Origin: Rhodospirillales bacterium
Lineage (GTDB): Bacteria > Pseudomonadota > Alphaproteobacteria > SMXQ01
Direction of reading: 5' to 3'
NCBI GenBank assembly: GCA_018666775.1
Contig: JABIXC010000010.1
Location: 193,079-257,078, forward strand
DNA: 64,000 nt
The number at the start of each line of letters is the position of its first letter. Position 1 is the first letter of the stretch. A program made the translations under genes and the position numbers. The notes beneath the pieces were generated by a model. It ran no database searches. It was not told the origin of the DNA and worked only from the letters and a program-made list of their open reading frames with translations. Of this stretch, positions 43,573 to 55,666 are shown piece by piece.

Positions 43573-45390
43573 TTAATTGGCCTGGCGTCGCAAAAATGCC
43601 GGAATTTCAAGCAGATCTTCTTCAGATTCCGTCGCCGACTTGGCATGGGGCTCAGATTTGGCCACCAATCCGCCCAGATCCTGCTGGGTTGCCTTCTGAG
43701 GTTCGGGTTTAGGTTCGGGTTGTGGTTCTGGCTGTACCTGAGCCTGCACCTCTGGTTCTGCCTGAACCTGTGGTTCTGGGGCCGGTGTTGGCATTGGGGC
43801 GGGTTCCGGCGTGGCTAGAATGGGTGCCTCAACACGGGGGTGCAGAACCGGTTCAACTCTGGCCTCTGGCTTGATTTCGGCCTTGATCTCCACCGGTGCG
43901 GCTTCTGCAGGCACCACCGGTGCAGGCGTGGCTTGTACCACGGGCGCTGGTACCACCGGCGCTGGGGTGGCTTTTGCCACCGGTGCCGGGGTGGGCGCTG
44001 GGATGGTTCGGGCTATTTGTTCTGCTTTAAGCGCTTTTGCCCGGCCACTTCCCGTCACCCGTTCAAACAGGCTTGGCCGTGTTGCCGGTTTTTCTGTCGT
44101 CGTTCCGGCATTAACAATGTCGGCTTCGGCCATGGGGTCTGGCTTACGTATGGCTGTCATATCCATTGACGTGCGAGGGGCTTCAACGGGAGCAGGCGGC
44201 ATAAAGGGTTGATTGATCCCTTCTAGATCAATGCCGGGTGTGGCCTGTGGTGCCGGTGCCGGTGCTGGGGTATCAGCGATTTTGGATTCAACCCCAAGAT
44301 CAAGCACCGGTGCCATGTCCGGCGCGGGTGCGGTTTCCGGCGTAGGCATGATGGATGTCGCCCTGCGTGAATTATCGCTGACCAGACTGATCGGCTGCAA
44401 GGGGACGGGATGGGCCGAAACTTCGGCGTCAATCCCTGTGGCGATGACCGAAATACGAATGCGGCCATCAAGGGCTGGGTCGAAGGTAGAGCCAAAGATG
44501 ATGTTGGCATTGGGGTCCACTTCTGAGCGGATGCGGTTTGCTGCTTCATCGACTTCAAACAACGTCATGTCATCGCCGCCGCTGATGTTGATGAGCACCC
44601 CTTTGGCGCCTTCCATGGAAACATCGTCTAACAATGGGTTGGAAATGGCGGCCTCAGCTGCCGCAATGGCCCGGTTTTCGCAATCGGCTTCACCGGTTCC
44701 CATCATGGCTTTGCCCATTTCGCTCATGACTTGGCGAACATCGGCAAAATCAAGGTTGATCAAGCCGGGCATGACCATCAGGTCGGTCACGCCGCGTACG
44801 CCGGAATAAAGGACGTTATCGGCCATTTCAAAGGCTTGGGCGAAGGTGGTCTTTTCATTGGCAATGCGGAACAGGTTCTGATTGGGAATGATAATCAGGG
44901 TGTCCACGTAATGTTGGAGTTCTTCAATCCCTTCCTCGGCAATCTTCATGCGGTTCAGCCCTTCAAACTGGAATGGCTTGGTCACAACGCCGACGGTCAG
45001 AATGCCCTGTTCGCGTGATGCCCGGGCAATGACAGGGGCCGCCCCTGTTCCGGTGCCCCCGCCCATGCCGGCGGTGATGAACACCATGTTTGATTGCTGG
45101 ATATGTTCGATGATGTCATCGATGGCTTCTTCGGCGGCCGCTTTGCCGACATCGGGTCGTGATCCGGCACCCAGGCCCTGGGTAATGTTGCGCCCCAGCT
45201 GGATGCGGCGTTCTGCGCTGGTCTGGGAGAGTGCCTGGGCATCGGAATTGCCAACAACGAATTCAACACCTTCGAGATTATGCTCGATCATGTTGTTGAC
45301 GGCATTCCCCCCGGCACCGCCAACGCCAATGACGGTAATTCTGGGTTTAAGATCGGGTTCTGGGCTCGGCATTTTTATATTTATGGTCAT
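43573..45390 (-). CDS. ftsZ: Cell division GTPase FtsZ with a long P/A/E-rich linker
   Basis: [31 protein letters not shown]-terminal [12 protein letters not shown]. Confidence 0.99.
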   Translation of the reverse strand: MTINIKMPSPEPDLKPRITVIGVGGAGGNAVNNMIEHNLEGVEFVVGNSDAQALSQTSAERRIQLGRNITQGLGAGSRPDVGKAAAEEAIDDIIEHIQQSNMVFITAGMGGGTGTGAAPVIARASREQGILTVGVVTKPFQFEGLNRMKIAEEGIEELQHYVDTLIIIPNQNLFRIANEKTTFAQAFEMADNVLYSGVRGVTDLMVMPGLINLDFADVRQVMSEMGKAMMGTGEADCENRAIAAAEAAISNPLLDDVSMEGAKGVLINISGGDDMTLFEVDEAANRIRSEVDPNANIIFGSTFDPALDGRIRISVIATGIDAEVSAHPVPLQPISLVSDNSRRATSIMPTPETAPAPDMAPVLDLGVESKIADTPAPAPAPQATPGIDLEGINQPFMPPAPVEAPRTSMDMTAIRKPDPMAEADIVNAGTTTEKPATRPSLFERVTGSGRAKALKAEQIARTIPAPTPAPVAKATPAPVVPAPVVQATPAPVVPAEAAPVEIKAEIKPEARVEPVLHPRVEAPILATPEPAPMPTPAPEPQVQAEPEVQAQVQPEPQPEPKPEPQKATQQDLGGLVAKSEPHAKSATESEEDLLEIPAFLRRQAN

Positions 45391-45452
45391 GTCAGCCTCC
45401 TCAGGCAGTAAGTGTGTTAAGTGCGATTGTTCAGTTGCAGAAAAGTGGGTTG

Positions 45453-46718
45453 TTAAAAATTTTCACGGAGCCATAAACCGACCCGGCCTAATGGACCGGT
45501 CGGCATTCCAGTTCGGGTTCCAATTGTCTGGGTTGTTTCAGGTGCTTCATCGGGACGTCGTACAGCAAAGGCCAGTAATCCGGCGCAGGCGGTAAAAGCC
45601 GGCCCGCCAGTGGAATCGGCCAGCCCGGCGATCTTGAGCGGCCGGCCCAGACGAATTTGTTTGTCCAGAACACTACCGGCCAGTTCAGTAACGCCCTGAA
45701 GCTGGCTGGCACCGCCGGTTAACACCACGCGACGTCCGGCAATTTTGTCGTAGCCGGTCATTTCCAGTTGCCCGCGCAGAAGTTCGAATGTTTCTTCCAG
45801 CCGGGGCCGGATGATTCCGACCAACATGGAGCGGGGTACGTGGTTTGCCTGGGCGCGGTCTTCTTCGCCCATCAATGGCACATCAATCATTTCGCGATCA
45901 TCGGATCCCGATGCCATGGCGTTGCCGTACAGCGTTTTCATGCGTTCGGCATGGGCCATGGGTGTGGAAAGGCCGCGGGCAATATCAGAGGTGACATGGG
46001 TCCCGCCGACGGGAATGGAGGCGCTGTGCAACAGGTGGCCGTCGTAAAATACGGCCAAAGATGTGGTTCCTGCCCCCATGTCAATGACGGTCGCGCCTAA
46101 ATTGGCTTCGTCTTCAACCAATGCGGCAAGGCCAGAAGCATAAGGCGCGATCACAATGTCAGCGACATCCAGACGGCATCGTGCAAGGCAGGTTACCAAG
46201 GTGCGTATGGCCCCGGTGGTGGCCGTGACCACATGCATGTTGACGCCAAGACGTTCGCCATACATGCCGCGCGGGTCGCGGATGCCGCGCGCGCCATCTA
46301 TGGAATAGCCAACGGGGATGCAATGAATTAGTTCGCGTTCATCAGATTGCGATGCGCTATGGCCCTGGGCCAGAACCTTGCGGACATCACCATCGCCCAC
46401 TTCATGTCCGGCGATGGAAAGGTCGTATTGAAGAATTTCGGATTGCGGGGCACCACCGGAAAGATTGACGATGACTTCTTCGATGGTTTCACCGGCCATT
46501 TGTTCGGCAGCGTGGACCGTGGCCAAAATGGCATTTTCTGCCGCTTCGACATCAGAAATAATACCCGCGCGCACCCCGTTCGATGCGTGATGGCCAATGC
46601 CCACGACCCGTATGGTGCCATCATCGCCCACTTTCGCGATGAAGCAGGCGATCTTGGACGTCCCAATATCCAGGGCTGCGATCAAGCCGTTTTTATTTTT
46701 AGCCATGCGTTTTTTCAT
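45453..46718 (-). CDS. ftsA: Cell division protein FtsA
   Basis: [39 protein letters not shown], amphipathic C-terminus WLRENF. Confidence 0.97.
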   Translation of the reverse strand: MKKRMAKNKNGLIAALDIGTSKIACFIAKVGDDGTIRVVGIGHHASNGVRAGIISDVEAAENAILATVHAAEQMAGETIEEVIVNLSGGAPQSEILQYDLSIAGHEVGDGDVRKVLAQGHSASQSDERELIHCIPVGYSIDGARGIRDPRGMYGERLGVNMHVVTATTGAIRTLVTCLARCRLDVADIVIAPYASGLAALVEDEANLGATVIDMGAGTTSLAVFYDGHLLHSASIPVGGTHVTSDIARGLSTPMAHAERMKTLYGNAMASGSDDREMIDVPLMGEEDRAQANHVPRSMLVGIIRPRLEETFELLRGQLEMTGYDKIAGRRVVLTGGASQLQGVTELAGSVLDKQIRLGRPLKIAGLADSTGGPAFTACAGLLAFAVRRPDEAPETTQTIGTRTGMPTGPLGRVGLWLRENF

Positions 46719-46731
46719 GACGGCATCTTTC

Positions 46732-47631
46732 TCAAGTGTCCTTGCTTGGCCCACGATGGGCATGTCGTTTCTTTTTAAGGGACTTCGCCTTGGGCGATGT
46801 TCGGACCACCAACCGATCGGCAAGGCGCAAATCAATCATGACAATGTCGCGGTCCAGAATGCGCTCAGCAGTGACAAGGCGGGCTAGCTTCAAAACAGCC
46901 CGTGCGGCATTTTTTTCAGGCAACCGGGCAATGACGCCATTGTTGAACTTCAGGTCCCAGCGCCGTTTTGATACCCGGATCATGGCGTGGGTTGCGTCCA
47001 TTAATTTTGGGTGGGCGCGCATGATTTCAATCATGGCCTCTGCGTGTTTCGGGGCATCTTTTCCAACCACCATTGGCAAATGACGCCAAGCACCCAGTCG
47101 GTTGCGATCAATCACAACCCCTTCGCGATCAATCAGGGCCAATCGGCCGCCGCGTTGCCAAAGTGCCAGTGGCACCCGTTCAGCAAGACGCACATAAAGG
47201 GTGTCAGGCAGACGGCGCTCTACGGTTGCAGCGCGAATCCAGGAAAGTTTTTCAAGCCGTAATTTGGCCCCATGGGGATCAAAGCCCAGGATGGCCGATC
47301 CTTGTTTCGCCCCAAGGACACGGGTGATTTTTGCGCGGGGAACACGATTCCTGCCAATGACCAGAACATGGGTAACCCGCAATCCCATTTGGGCACTGAA
47401 ATCGAGGCCCGTGCGGCGGCTCTTTTCAAGGCTGGCGCTGATGACATTGGCACCGTCCCCAAGGGTGAAAAACCATCCCCCACCCAGACCCAGAACAGCA
47501 AAGACCATAAGGAAGAGGCTCCAAACCAGCTTCCTGCGTCCAGCGGCCGATAACCACATCCGGGAACGCCCGGCATGTTTGGGGCGTTTTTTAGGTGTTT
47601 TGGTCGGCGTTGTGCGTTTTAACGCGGGCAT
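46732..47631 (-). CDS. ftsQ: Cell division protein FtsQ
   Basis: Basic N-tail, one TM, POTRA (WIRAATVERRLPDTLYVRLAER), IDLRLADRLVVR; between ddl and ftsA. Confidence 0.92.
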   Translation of the reverse strand: MPALKRTTPTKTPKKRPKHAGRSRMWLSAAGRRKLVWSLFLMVFAVLGLGGGWFFTLGDGANVISASLEKSRRTGLDFSAQMGLRVTHVLVIGRNRVPRAKITRVLGAKQGSAILGFDPHGAKLRLEKLSWIRAATVERRLPDTLYVRLAERVPLALWQRGGRLALIDREGVVIDRNRLGAWRHLPMVVGKDAPKHAEAMIEIMRAHPKLMDATHAMIRVSKRRWDLKFNNGVIARLPEKNAARAVLKLARLVTAERILDRDIVMIDLRLADRLVVRTSPKAKSLKKKRHAHRGPSKDT

Positions 47632-48536
47632 GTTGCGTCCTCTACCATCCAGGCGACAAGATCATTAAAAGAAATGCCCTCATGGGCAGCGATTTCGGGG
47701 ACCAAAGAAAGCGGGGTCATTCCGGGCTGGGTATTAACCTCAAGAATGTAAAACTGGCCCGGTTTATCCCCTGTATCGTCATAGCGAAGGTCGGTCCGGC
47801 TGACCCCTTTGCACCCAAGTGCGTCATGGGCCGTTTGGGCAATTTCCAGCGCTTCGTCGTAGGCAGCCTTTGACAGGGGGGCTGGCATCACATGTTCCGC
47901 CCCGCCTTCGGTGTATTTGGCCTGATAATCATAGAACTGGCCCTTGGGGCGAATTTCAATGGCACCCAGCGCTTCATCGCCCATGACGGCGACCTGAATT
48001 TCGCGACCGGGAATAAACCGCTCAACCAACACCGCATCGCCATAAGACCATTCCCCTGCCAGTGCCGGGGGGGCCGTTTCATCAATCACAATATGAACCC
48101 CGACGCTGGAGCCCTCGCCCAAGGGTTTGACAACATAAGGCGGTGCCATGACGGTGCCTGCCAGAACGTCTGATCGTTCTGCGGTGCGGCCTTCGGCGCA
48201 GGTCAGGCCTGCTTCGGTAAACAGGCGTCGTGCACTGGGTTTGTCCATGGCCAGTGCCGATGCCAGAACCCCGGAATGGGTGTAGGGGATGCCTAAAAAT
48301 TCAAGGACCCCCTGAATGCAACCGTCTTCGCCAAAGCGTCCGTGCAAGGCATTGAAGATCACGTCTGGTTTTGGGTCCAGCGTCGTCAACAGCGCGCTTA
48401 AATCACGGCTGACATCAATTTCACGGACGTCATGGCCAAGGTCGCGAAGGGCTTTCGCACATGCAGCACCCGACACCAGAGAAACCTCACGTTCAACAGA
48501 AGGCCCGCCCATAAGAACAGCGACAGAAAGGGTCAT
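47619..48536 (-). CDS. ddl: D-alanine--D-alanine ligase
   Basis: GGPSVEREVSLVSG, FNALHGRFGEDG, GSSVGV, FYDYQAKY, LEVNTQPGMT. Confidence 0.97.
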   Translation of the reverse strand: MTLSVAVLMGGPSVEREVSLVSGAACAKALRDLGHDVREIDVSRDLSALLTTLDPKPDVIFNALHGRFGEDGCIQGVLEFLGIPYTHSGVLASALAMDKPSARRLFTEAGLTCAEGRTAERSDVLAGTVMAPPYVVKPLGEGSSVGVHIVIDETAPPALAGEWSYGDAVLVERFIPGREIQVAVMGDEALGAIEIRPKGQFYDYQAKYTEGGAEHVMPAPLSKAAYDEALEIAQTAHDALGCKGVSRTDLRYDDTGDKPGQFYILEVNTQPGMTPLSLVPEIAAHEGISFNDLVAWMVEDATCPR

Positions 48537-49495
48537 GGCTGTGCCCTCTCAATCGGGATGGCTTTGGGGCCATTTTTGGCAGGGATTCCCAAGATGCGAA
48601 TTTCCCATTCCAGGGTGATCCCGGTCTTGGCCTTGACGCGGCGGCGAACTTCTTCGCCCAAAGCCTCAATTTCGGCGGCACTGGCACCGCCTTCATTGAC
48701 CAAGAAATTGCAGTGCAGTTCAGATACCCGGGCATGGCCCAATGCAAGCCCACGACACCCCGCCTGATCAATCAATTCCCAGGCCTTGTGGCCTTCGGGG
48801 TTCTTGAAGGTGGACCCGCCGGTGGGCGTGCGCACGGGCTGGGTCTCTGTGCGGGCCTTTTGAATTTCGGTGATTTGTTCGGCGATGGCTTTGCTGTCGC
48901 CGGGGGTGCCCTTGAACCGGGCAGAGGTGAAAATCCAGTCTTCGTCCACGGTGACATGGCGATAGGTAAAGCCCATATCCGCAGCGCTCAGGGTATGGAT
49001 GGTGCCATCGCCATCAATGGCATCGGCAGAAATCAGCACGTCTTTTATTTCGTGGCCATACGCACCGGCATTCATGCGCAAGGCACCGCCGATGGTACCG
49101 GGAATGCCTGCCATGAATTCAAGCCCGGCAATGGCGTTGGCGCCTGCAAATTTGGCGATATTGGTATCAAGGGCACCGGCGCCAGCGATGATGTCATGAT
49201 CGGTTTGGGATATGGCTGCAAATTCCCTGCCCAGCCGGATGACCACACCGGGAATGCCGCCATCGCGCACCAGAATGTTGGACCCAACGCCAATGATGGT
49301 AACCCCAATGTCTTTGGGCTTGTCGCGCAGGAACGTGGCAAGGTCTTCGGTGTCTTTGGGACGGAACATCACTTCTGCTGGCCCGCCGACGCGAAACCAG
49401 GTGACCTGGCTGAGGTCTGCCCCTTCACGGGTGCGCCCCCTGACCGGAGGAAGGCGATCAAGAAGACGATCCGTTTCTTGTTTTGCCGCCATCAT
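48533..49495 (-). CDS. murB: UDP-N-acetylenolpyruvoylglucosamine reductase
   Basis: [51 protein letters not shown]. Confidence 0.97.
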   Translation of the reverse strand: MMAAKQETDRLLDRLPPVRGRTREGADLSQVTWFRVGGPAEVMFRPKDTEDLATFLRDKPKDIGVTIIGVGSNILVRDGGIPGVVIRLGREFAAISQTDHDIIAGAGALDTNIAKFAGANAIAGLEFMAGIPGTIGGALRMNAGAYGHEIKDVLISADAIDGDGTIHTLSAADMGFTYRHVTVDEDWIFTSARFKGTPGDSKAIAEQITEIQKARTETQPVRTPTGGSTFKNPEGHKAWELIDQAGCRGLALGHARVSELHCNFLVNEGGASAAEIEALGEEVRRRVKAKTGITLEWEIRILGIPAKNGPKAIPIERAQP

Positions 49496-50922
49496 GATCG
49501 GCCCTCATTTTGTTCGCTGTCGTTACCAGCTAATTCACCGGGCAGCGCTTGGGCCCAGTTGGTGATCGATCCTGCCCCCAGGCAGACCACCAGATCATCT
49601 GGTCGTGCCATGGTTTTTATAAGGCCCGCTAAATTTTCAGGGGCTTCAAGGGCGATGACGTCGCGGTGGCCGTGGGCGCGGATGCCGTCTACCAGTTCGT
49701 CCCGGTCAATGCCGATGATGGGGGTTTCCCCTGCGGCATAAACATCAGAAACGATGACGGTGTCGGCATCATTGAAGCAGGTGCAGAAATCTTCGAACAG
49801 CGCTTGCAGTCGCGAGTACCGGTGGGGCTGGACCACGGCAAAAATGCGGCCCTTACAGGCACCGCGCGCGCCTGCCAGAACAGCAGCAATTTCTACGGGA
49901 TGGTGGCCATAATCATCAATGACGGTGACCCCATTGGCCTCGCCGGTTTTGGTGAAGCGTCGTTTAACCCCGGCAAAGGCATTTAACGATTTGCGAATAA
50001 CACCATCATCAACGCCCATTTCCTGGGCAACGGTGATGGCGGCCAGCGCATTCTGGACATTGTGCCCGCCCAGCATCGGCAGGGTGATGGCTTCGAGGGT
50101 GCGGGGATTCGATGATGCCCTAGGGGTCAAGATGACATCGAAATGGGTCATGCCCGCTTCGCCCCGAACATTAACGGCCCGGACATCGGCTTGGGGGCTC
50201 ATGCCATAGGTGATCAGTCTGCGATCAGCGACCCGTGGGATCATGGCCTGAACTTCGCCGTGGTCAATGCACAATGCGGCAAAGCCATAGAAGGGGATGT
50301 TTTGGACAAAGGAAACGAAGGCGGTGCGCAGGGTGTCAAAATCACCGTAAAAATCCAGATGTTCGGGATCAATGTTGGTGACGACTGCAATGGTGGCGGG
50401 CAGTTTGGTAAAGGTGCCATCCGATTCGTCGGCTTCCACCACCATCCATTCCCCCTCACCTAACCGGGCATTGGAACCATAGGCATTGAGAATGCCGCCA
50501 TTGATCACGGTGGGATCAAGTTCTGCTCCATCAAGAATGGCCGATATCAAGGACGTGGTTGTTGTCTTGCCATGGGTCCCCCCAACGGCGATGGACCATT
50601 TAAGGCGCATCAATTCGGCCAGCATTTCGGCGCGGCGCACGATGGGGATCAAACGCGTGCGCGCGGCTTCCAGTTCCGGGTTGTCGCGGGGAATGGCCGA
50701 TGAAATAACAACAACCTGTGTTTCCCCAAGGTTATCGGCATCGTGACCAATATGAACAACAATTCCCATATCCCGAAGGCGGACGACGTTGGGATTGTCT
50801 GAAACATCGGAACCCTGAACCTTGTAGCCCAGATTGTGAAGAATTTCGGCGATGCCACTCATGCCGATGCCGCCGATGCCGACAAAATGAATGGTGCCAA
50901 TGGTAAGGGGGAGTGCCTTCAT
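49492..50922 (-). CDS. murC: UDP-N-acetylmuramate--L-alanine ligase
   Basis: [42 protein letters not shown]. Confidence 0.98.
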   Translation of the reverse strand: MKALPLTIGTIHFVGIGGIGMSGIAEILHNLGYKVQGSDVSDNPNVVRLRDMGIVVHIGHDADNLGETQVVVISSAIPRDNPELEAARTRLIPIVRRAEMLAELMRLKWSIAVGGTHGKTTTTSLISAILDGAELDPTVINGGILNAYGSNARLGEGEWMVVEADESDGTFTKLPATIAVVTNIDPEHLDFYGDFDTLRTAFVSFVQNIPFYGFAALCIDHGEVQAMIPRVADRRLITYGMSPQADVRAVNVRGEAGMTHFDVILTPRASSNPRTLEAITLPMLGGHNVQNALAAITVAQEMGVDDGVIRKSLNAFAGVKRRFTKTGEANGVTVIDDYGHHPVEIAAVLAGARGACKGRIFAVVQPHRYSRLQALFEDFCTCFNDADTVIVSDVYAAGETPIIGIDRDELVDGIRAHGHRDVIALEAPENLAGLIKTMARPDDLVVCLGAGSITNWAQALPGELAGNDSEQNEGRS

Positions 50923-52073
50923 GCGGCTTTCCTTCCAGGCTCACCACAATTGCTGGTGGGCACCATGCCCATGACCAGCGCTGCCATGTTTCTGGCGGCA
51001 TCTTTTTGGCCCGCAGCCCGTGCGGCTGTCGCCATGGTTTCTATGGCCCGGGGCTGGCTGAAAATTAATTTCAACCGCGCGGCAAGGGTTGTCGGGGTGA
51101 AGTCGGGCTCATGGATCATTTCAGCCCCACCCTGATCGACCATGGCCTGGGCATTGGCGGTTTGGTGATCGTCTGCCGCATGGGGGTAGGGAACCAGAAT
51201 TGCCGGGCGGCCCGCCGTGGTTAGTTCTGCAATGGTGGATGCCCCGGAACGGCATATCACAAGATGCGCATTGCCCAGCCGTTCGGCAAGATCGTCAAAG
51301 AACGGGGCCAATTCCACCTTCAGTCCAATTTTGTCATAGGCAGCGCGGACCATTTCCATATCTTCCGGGCGACATTGCTGGGTCAGGTGGATGCGGTCGC
51401 GCAAATCATTGGGAAGTGCCGCCATGGTTTGGGGAATCACGGTGCTGAAAACGCTGGCACCTTGGCTGCCACCAGTCACCAATAAATTGATGGGGTTGCT
51501 TTTCCCTGCCTCCCGGAAGGGACGGATGCGCAAATCCCGGATCTGTTCACGAACGGGGTTGCCGGTAAAGATTACTTTTGGTGCATCCCTGGGGTTCAGT
51601 CGGGCCACCTCTTCGAAGGACGTGGCGATTGCCGATACCCGTGGGGCCAAAAGCCTGTTGGCGCGGCCCAGCAACGCATTTTGTTCGTGGATCACCGTTG
51701 GCAGGCCCAGATTGGTGGCTGCCATCATGGTTGCAACAGATGGATATCCGCCAAACCCGACCACCACTGAAGGGGACAGCCTTTGCAACAGGCGTCGCGA
51801 TCGCAAGGCACCGTACGCAAGTGTGGCAAACCCCATGATTTTTGCACCCAAGGCAACGCCGCTGACCCGTTGGGCAGGGATGGCATGGGTGGTGACATCA
51901 TTCAGGGAACCAGACCAGGTTTTGCCGCGCTGGTCCGTAAACAAGGCGAGCGTTTGCCCCAGCCTTTGCAATTCTTCTGCCAGCGCCTGTGCCGGAAAAA
52001 CATGCCCGCCGGTGCCGCCGGTAACAAGGACGATGGGGTGACGCCGTGTAATTTCGGATGCGGTTGTCGTCAT
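50919..52073 (-). CDS. murG: Undecaprenyl-PP-MurNAc-pentapeptide GlcNAc transferase
   Basis: [47 protein letters not shown]. Confidence 0.98.
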   Translation of the reverse strand: MTTTASEITRRHPIVLVTGGTGGHVFPAQALAEELQRLGQTLALFTDQRGKTWSGSLNDVTTHAIPAQRVSGVALGAKIMGFATLAYGALRSRRLLQRLSPSVVVGFGGYPSVATMMAATNLGLPTVIHEQNALLGRANRLLAPRVSAIATSFEEVARLNPRDAPKVIFTGNPVREQIRDLRIRPFREAGKSNPINLLVTGGSQGASVFSTVIPQTMAALPNDLRDRIHLTQQCRPEDMEMVRAAYDKIGLKVELAPFFDDLAERLGNAHLVICRSGASTIAELTTAGRPAILVPYPHAADDHQTANAQAMVDQGGAEMIHEPDFTPTTLAARLKLIFSQPRAIETMATAARAAGQKDAARNMAALVMGMVPTSNCGEPGRKAA

Positions 52074-53191
52074 GTCTCCCCCAATCCAATCCGCTTTCGG
52101 GTCAATGCCAGCACCATGCCCATGGTGATGGCAATGCCGATGAGCGATGACCCGCCATAAGAGATAAAGGGAAGCGTCATGCCCTTGGTGGGGATGAGGT
52201 TCAGGGTCGATGCCATGTGAATGACCGCCTGGAGGCCAAACTGGGTCAGCAATCCGGTGACCGCCAGCAAGATGAACAGGTTATGGGTATTGAGGCTTCT
52301 GGCAATCCCACGCAAGACCACAAAGGCAAACAACAGAACGATTATAAGACAGGCCAACAGACCAAGTTCTTCGCCCGCCACGGCAAAGATGAAATCAGAA
52401 TGGGCATCGGGCAGGATTTCCTTGACCGTGCCCTCACCGGGGCCGCGTCCAAACAGGCCGCCGTTCATGAAGGCTTCTAATCCGGTCAGCGCCTGAAAAT
52501 TATCGCCAGCGGCCGGGTCCAGAAAACGGTCAATGCGGCTGGAGAAATGGGGCAAATAAGCATAAGCCAGCGCTGCCCCGCCTCCGGCCAGCACGATCGC
52601 GCCGACAAGCCAGTAAAGTGGCATGCCTGCGATAAAGAACTGGGCAAAGAACATGGCAGTGACCACAGCGGTCATGCCCATATCGGGTTGCAGGACAAGC
52701 AGCAGAACGGTCAGCCCATAAAGGGCGAATGCGATCCATTGGCCCGGGAACTTTTCGTTCATCTTGGCCGTTGCCATCATCCAGGCAATAGTAATGGCGA
52801 AGGCTGGCTTGATCAGCTCTGAGGGTTGCAAAGACAGGCTGGCAATTCTGATCCAGCGCCTAGCACCCTTGATCTCTATTCCCATCAACAGGGTCGCCAC
52901 CATCAGGACAATGGAAATCAGGAACAGGGCGACACCAACGCGGCGGATGCCCCGGGGTTCCATCATTGATAATCCAAAGATGGCAATGGTTGCGGGGATC
53001 AGATAGATCATCTGGCGGTTGACGAAGTAATAAGAGTCATACCCGATGCGCTCAGCAACGGCGGGGGATGCTGCCAGCGTTAACAAGATGCCAAACGCAA
53101 TCAGCCCGCCAATGGCGGCCAGCGTCCAACGGTCCACGGACCACCACCAGTTGGCCATGACAGAGGTATCAGTGCGGGCAAAGCTGATCAT
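52070..53191 (-). CDS. ftsW: Peptidoglycan polymerase FtsW
   Basis: GARRWI, QPSELIK, LQPDMG, LPDAHSDFIFAVAGEE, PTKGMTLPFISYGGSS. Confidence 0.97.
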   Translation of the reverse strand: MISFARTDTSVMANWWWSVDRWTLAAIGGLIAFGILLTLAASPAVAERIGYDSYYFVNRQMIYLIPATIAIFGLSMMEPRGIRRVGVALFLISIVLMVATLLMGIEIKGARRWIRIASLSLQPSELIKPAFAITIAWMMATAKMNEKFPGQWIAFALYGLTVLLLVLQPDMGMTAVVTAMFFAQFFIAGMPLYWLVGAIVLAGGGAALAYAYLPHFSSRIDRFLDPAAGDNFQALTGLEAFMNGGLFGRGPGEGTVKEILPDAHSDFIFAVAGEELGLLACLIIVLLFAFVVLRGIARSLNTHNLFILLAVTGLLTQFGLQAVIHMASTLNLIPTKGMTLPFISYGGSSLIGIAITMGMVLALTRKRIGLGET

Positions 53192-54567
53192 GATCCTGTC
53201 TCCAGGGCTTCAACCCCATGGCGGAAGGCCATGCCGCGGGCTTCGAAATTTGCAAATTGATCAAAGGACGCACAGGCGGGCGATAGCAGAACGACAGATT
53301 CTTCTGTCGATGAAGCGGCTGCCGCGTAAGCCGCAGCAATGGCCCCGTCCAGATCATCGCAATGGCTGTGGGGGACGTCATCGCCAAGGGTGTTGGCAAT
53401 GTCGTCAGCGGCTTCACCGATTAAAAAGGCGTGTTTGATCCTTGAAAATGCCGGGGCTAAATCTTCAAACCCGCCATCTTTGGCCCTGCCACCGGCAATC
53501 CAGTAAACATGGTCGTAACATTCAAGGGCGCGTAGCGCTGCAATGGGATTGGTTGCTTTTGAATCATTGACGAAGCGGATGGTGCCAGCGCGCCGGATTA
53601 ATTCCTGGCGATGGGCAAGACCGGGATAGGTTTTAAGGGCCGTGGCAATGCTGGCTGCATCAATGCCTGCTGCCAGCGCCGTGGCCGTGGCAGCCGCCGC
53701 GTTTTGGTGATTGTGTGCCCCGGGTAAATTTTCTACATCGCGGATGTCGGCAATGAGATGCTTTTTCCCATCCCGGTTGTCGATCACACAGCCATTTTCG
53801 ATGCCAATGCCACCGTCAATTATCGAACTGCCCGAAATGGGGACAATGTTCATGCCGCCTTTTTCTTCCAGGCGGGCACAGAGCGCACGACAATGGTCAT
53901 CGTCGGTACCAACGATGGCGATGGCATTATTTCGGGTCAGGGCGAACAGGTTTTCCTTTGCCGCAACGTAGCCATCTATCCCGCCATGGCGGTCAAGGTG
54001 ATCGGGGCTGATGTTGATCAACACCGCGATGTCAAAGGCCGCCGCCGTGATCCGTTCAATCTGATAGCTGGATAATTCCAATATATAGGTGCCATCGGCG
54101 CCCAATTCGGAAAGCCCTAAAGCCGCCGGTCCAAGGTTCCCCCCGATTGCGGCTTTGCGCCCGGCGTTTGCAAAAATATGGCCAAGAAGGGCAGTCACGG
54201 TGGATTTGCCATTGGTGCCGGTGATGCCAATAAAATTGGCATTACGTTGTGCTTCGGCCAGCAATTCAACATCGCAAATAATGGGAACCCCTGCGCCCCG
54301 CGCCCGTTCGGCCACAGGATGGGGGCTTGGAAAACTGTGGGGAATGCCGGGGCTAAGGACCAGCGCACATGTATCAGAAAAATCGGCTTGACCCAGATCG
54401 CCAAGGGGAATGCCTTTAAGGGCGGCAGCTTCGCGTCTCGGGCCATCATCATCCCATGCGGTGACATTGGCACCGGAACGCTGCAATGCTTCGGCCGCGA
54501 TCAACCCCGATAGGCCAAGGCCCATGACCGCATACGTATTGCCAGTTGTTTGTGGAAGCCGGATCAT
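53188..54567 (-). CDS. murD: UDP-MurNAc-L-Ala--D-glutamate ligase
   Basis: GLGLSG, SPGIP, ITGTNGKST, ELSSYQ, DHLDRH, VNDSKATN, LLSPACASFDQF. Confidence 0.98.
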   Translation of the reverse strand: MIRLPQTTGNTYAVMGLGLSGLIAAEALQRSGANVTAWDDDGPRREAAALKGIPLGDLGQADFSDTCALVLSPGIPHSFPSPHPVAERARGAGVPIICDVELLAEAQRNANFIGITGTNGKSTVTALLGHIFANAGRKAAIGGNLGPAALGLSELGADGTYILELSSYQIERITAAAFDIAVLINISPDHLDRHGGIDGYVAAKENLFALTRNNAIAIVGTDDDHCRALCARLEEKGGMNIVPISGSSIIDGGIGIENGCVIDNRDGKKHLIADIRDVENLPGAHNHQNAAAATATALAAGIDAASIATALKTYPGLAHRQELIRRAGTIRFVNDSKATNPIAALRALECYDHVYWIAGGRAKDGGFEDLAPAFSRIKHAFLIGEAADDIANTLGDDVPHSHCDDLDGAIAAAYAAAASSTEESVVLLSPACASFDQFANFEARGMAFRHGVEALETGS

Positions 54568-54571
54568 CTCA

Positions 54572-55660
54572 TCACCTCAGCTTCAGGGTGCTAAGCCCGA
54601 TCAAGGCCAGGATCATGGCGATAATCCAGAAGCGAATGACAATGGTGGCCTCAGCCCAGCCTTTTTGTTCAAAATGATGATGCAGCGGTGCCATCCGAAA
54701 GACGCGCTTTCCGGTCAACTTGAAGGATGCCACCTGAACAATCACCGAAATTGTTTCCAGAACAAACAACCCACCGATGATGGCCAGCACCAATTCGTGT
54801 TTGGTGATAACGCTGATGGTGCCAAGGGCACCGCCCACGGATAGGGAACCGGTATCGCCCATGAAGACCATGGCGGGCGGGGCGTTGAACCACAGAAACC
54901 CAAGACTGGCCCCAACGAGAGCGCCACAGAACACGGCTAGCTCTCCGGTTCCGGGGACAAAATGAAGTTGCAGGTAATTTGAAAAGACGGCGTTGCCCAC
55001 CAGATATGAAATCAGGGCAAAACAACCAGCCGCAATCATAACCGGAACAATGGCGAGCCCATCCAGCCCATCGGTCAAATTCACCGCATTGGATGCCCCG
55101 ACCATGACCAGAATTGCGAATACCGGGAAAAACCAGCCGAGATTAAGCAGCAAGTTTTTAAAGAATGGCACCGCTAATGTCGTGGCAAGGGGGTCGCGGG
55201 TAATTTCCATCACCCAAAGGGCTGCAATCAGCGCGATGGTGATTTCCATTGAAATGCGAAGTTTGCCTTTCAGGCCCCGGTGATTCATGCGGGTGAGTTT
55301 CAGATAATCATCGGCAAAGCCAATGGCGCCGAAGCCAAGGGTGACCAGCATCACCACCCAGACATATTGGTTGGTCAGGTCAGCCCACAATAAGGTGCCG
55401 ACGGAAACCCCAAGAAGGATAATGAAGCCGCCCATGGTGGGCGTCCCCTTTTTGGTCAACAGATGGCTTTCGGGACCATCTTCACGAATGGGTTGGCCTT
55501 CGGCCTGGCGCGATTTCAGCCAGCGGATAACGCAAGGCCCGGTCAGGAAGCAGACAATCAGCGCGGTCATGACCGCAGCACCAGAGCGAAAGGTGAGATA
55601 GCGGAATAGGTTGAGCACAGGAAAATCAACGGCCAGCGGGGAGAGAAGGTTGTAGAGCAT
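54572..55660 (-). CDS. mraY: Phospho-MurNAc-pentapeptide transferase
   Basis: [43 protein letters not shown]. Confidence 0.98.
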   Translation of the reverse strand: MLYNLLSPLAVDFPVLNLFRYLTFRSGAAVMTALIVCFLTGPCVIRWLKSRQAEGQPIREDGPESHLLTKKGTPTMGGFIILLGVSVGTLLWADLTNQYVWVVMLVTLGFGAIGFADDYLKLTRMNHRGLKGKLRISMEITIALIAALWVMEITRDPLATTLAVPFFKNLLLNLGWFFPVFAILVMVGASNAVNLTDGLDGLAIVPVMIAAGCFALISYLVGNAVFSNYLQLHFVPGTGELAVFCGALVGASLGFLWFNAPPAMVFMGDTGSLSVGGALGTISVITKHELVLAIIGGLFVLETISVIVQVASFKLTGKRVFRMAPLHHHFEQKGWAEATIVIRFWIIAMILALIGLSTLKLR

Positions 55661-55666
55661 ATCGGG

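Noticed and set aside
43600..44420. Very long Pro/Ala/Glu linker in FtsZ
   Set aside because: Long C-terminal linkers are normal for alphaproteobacterial FtsZ
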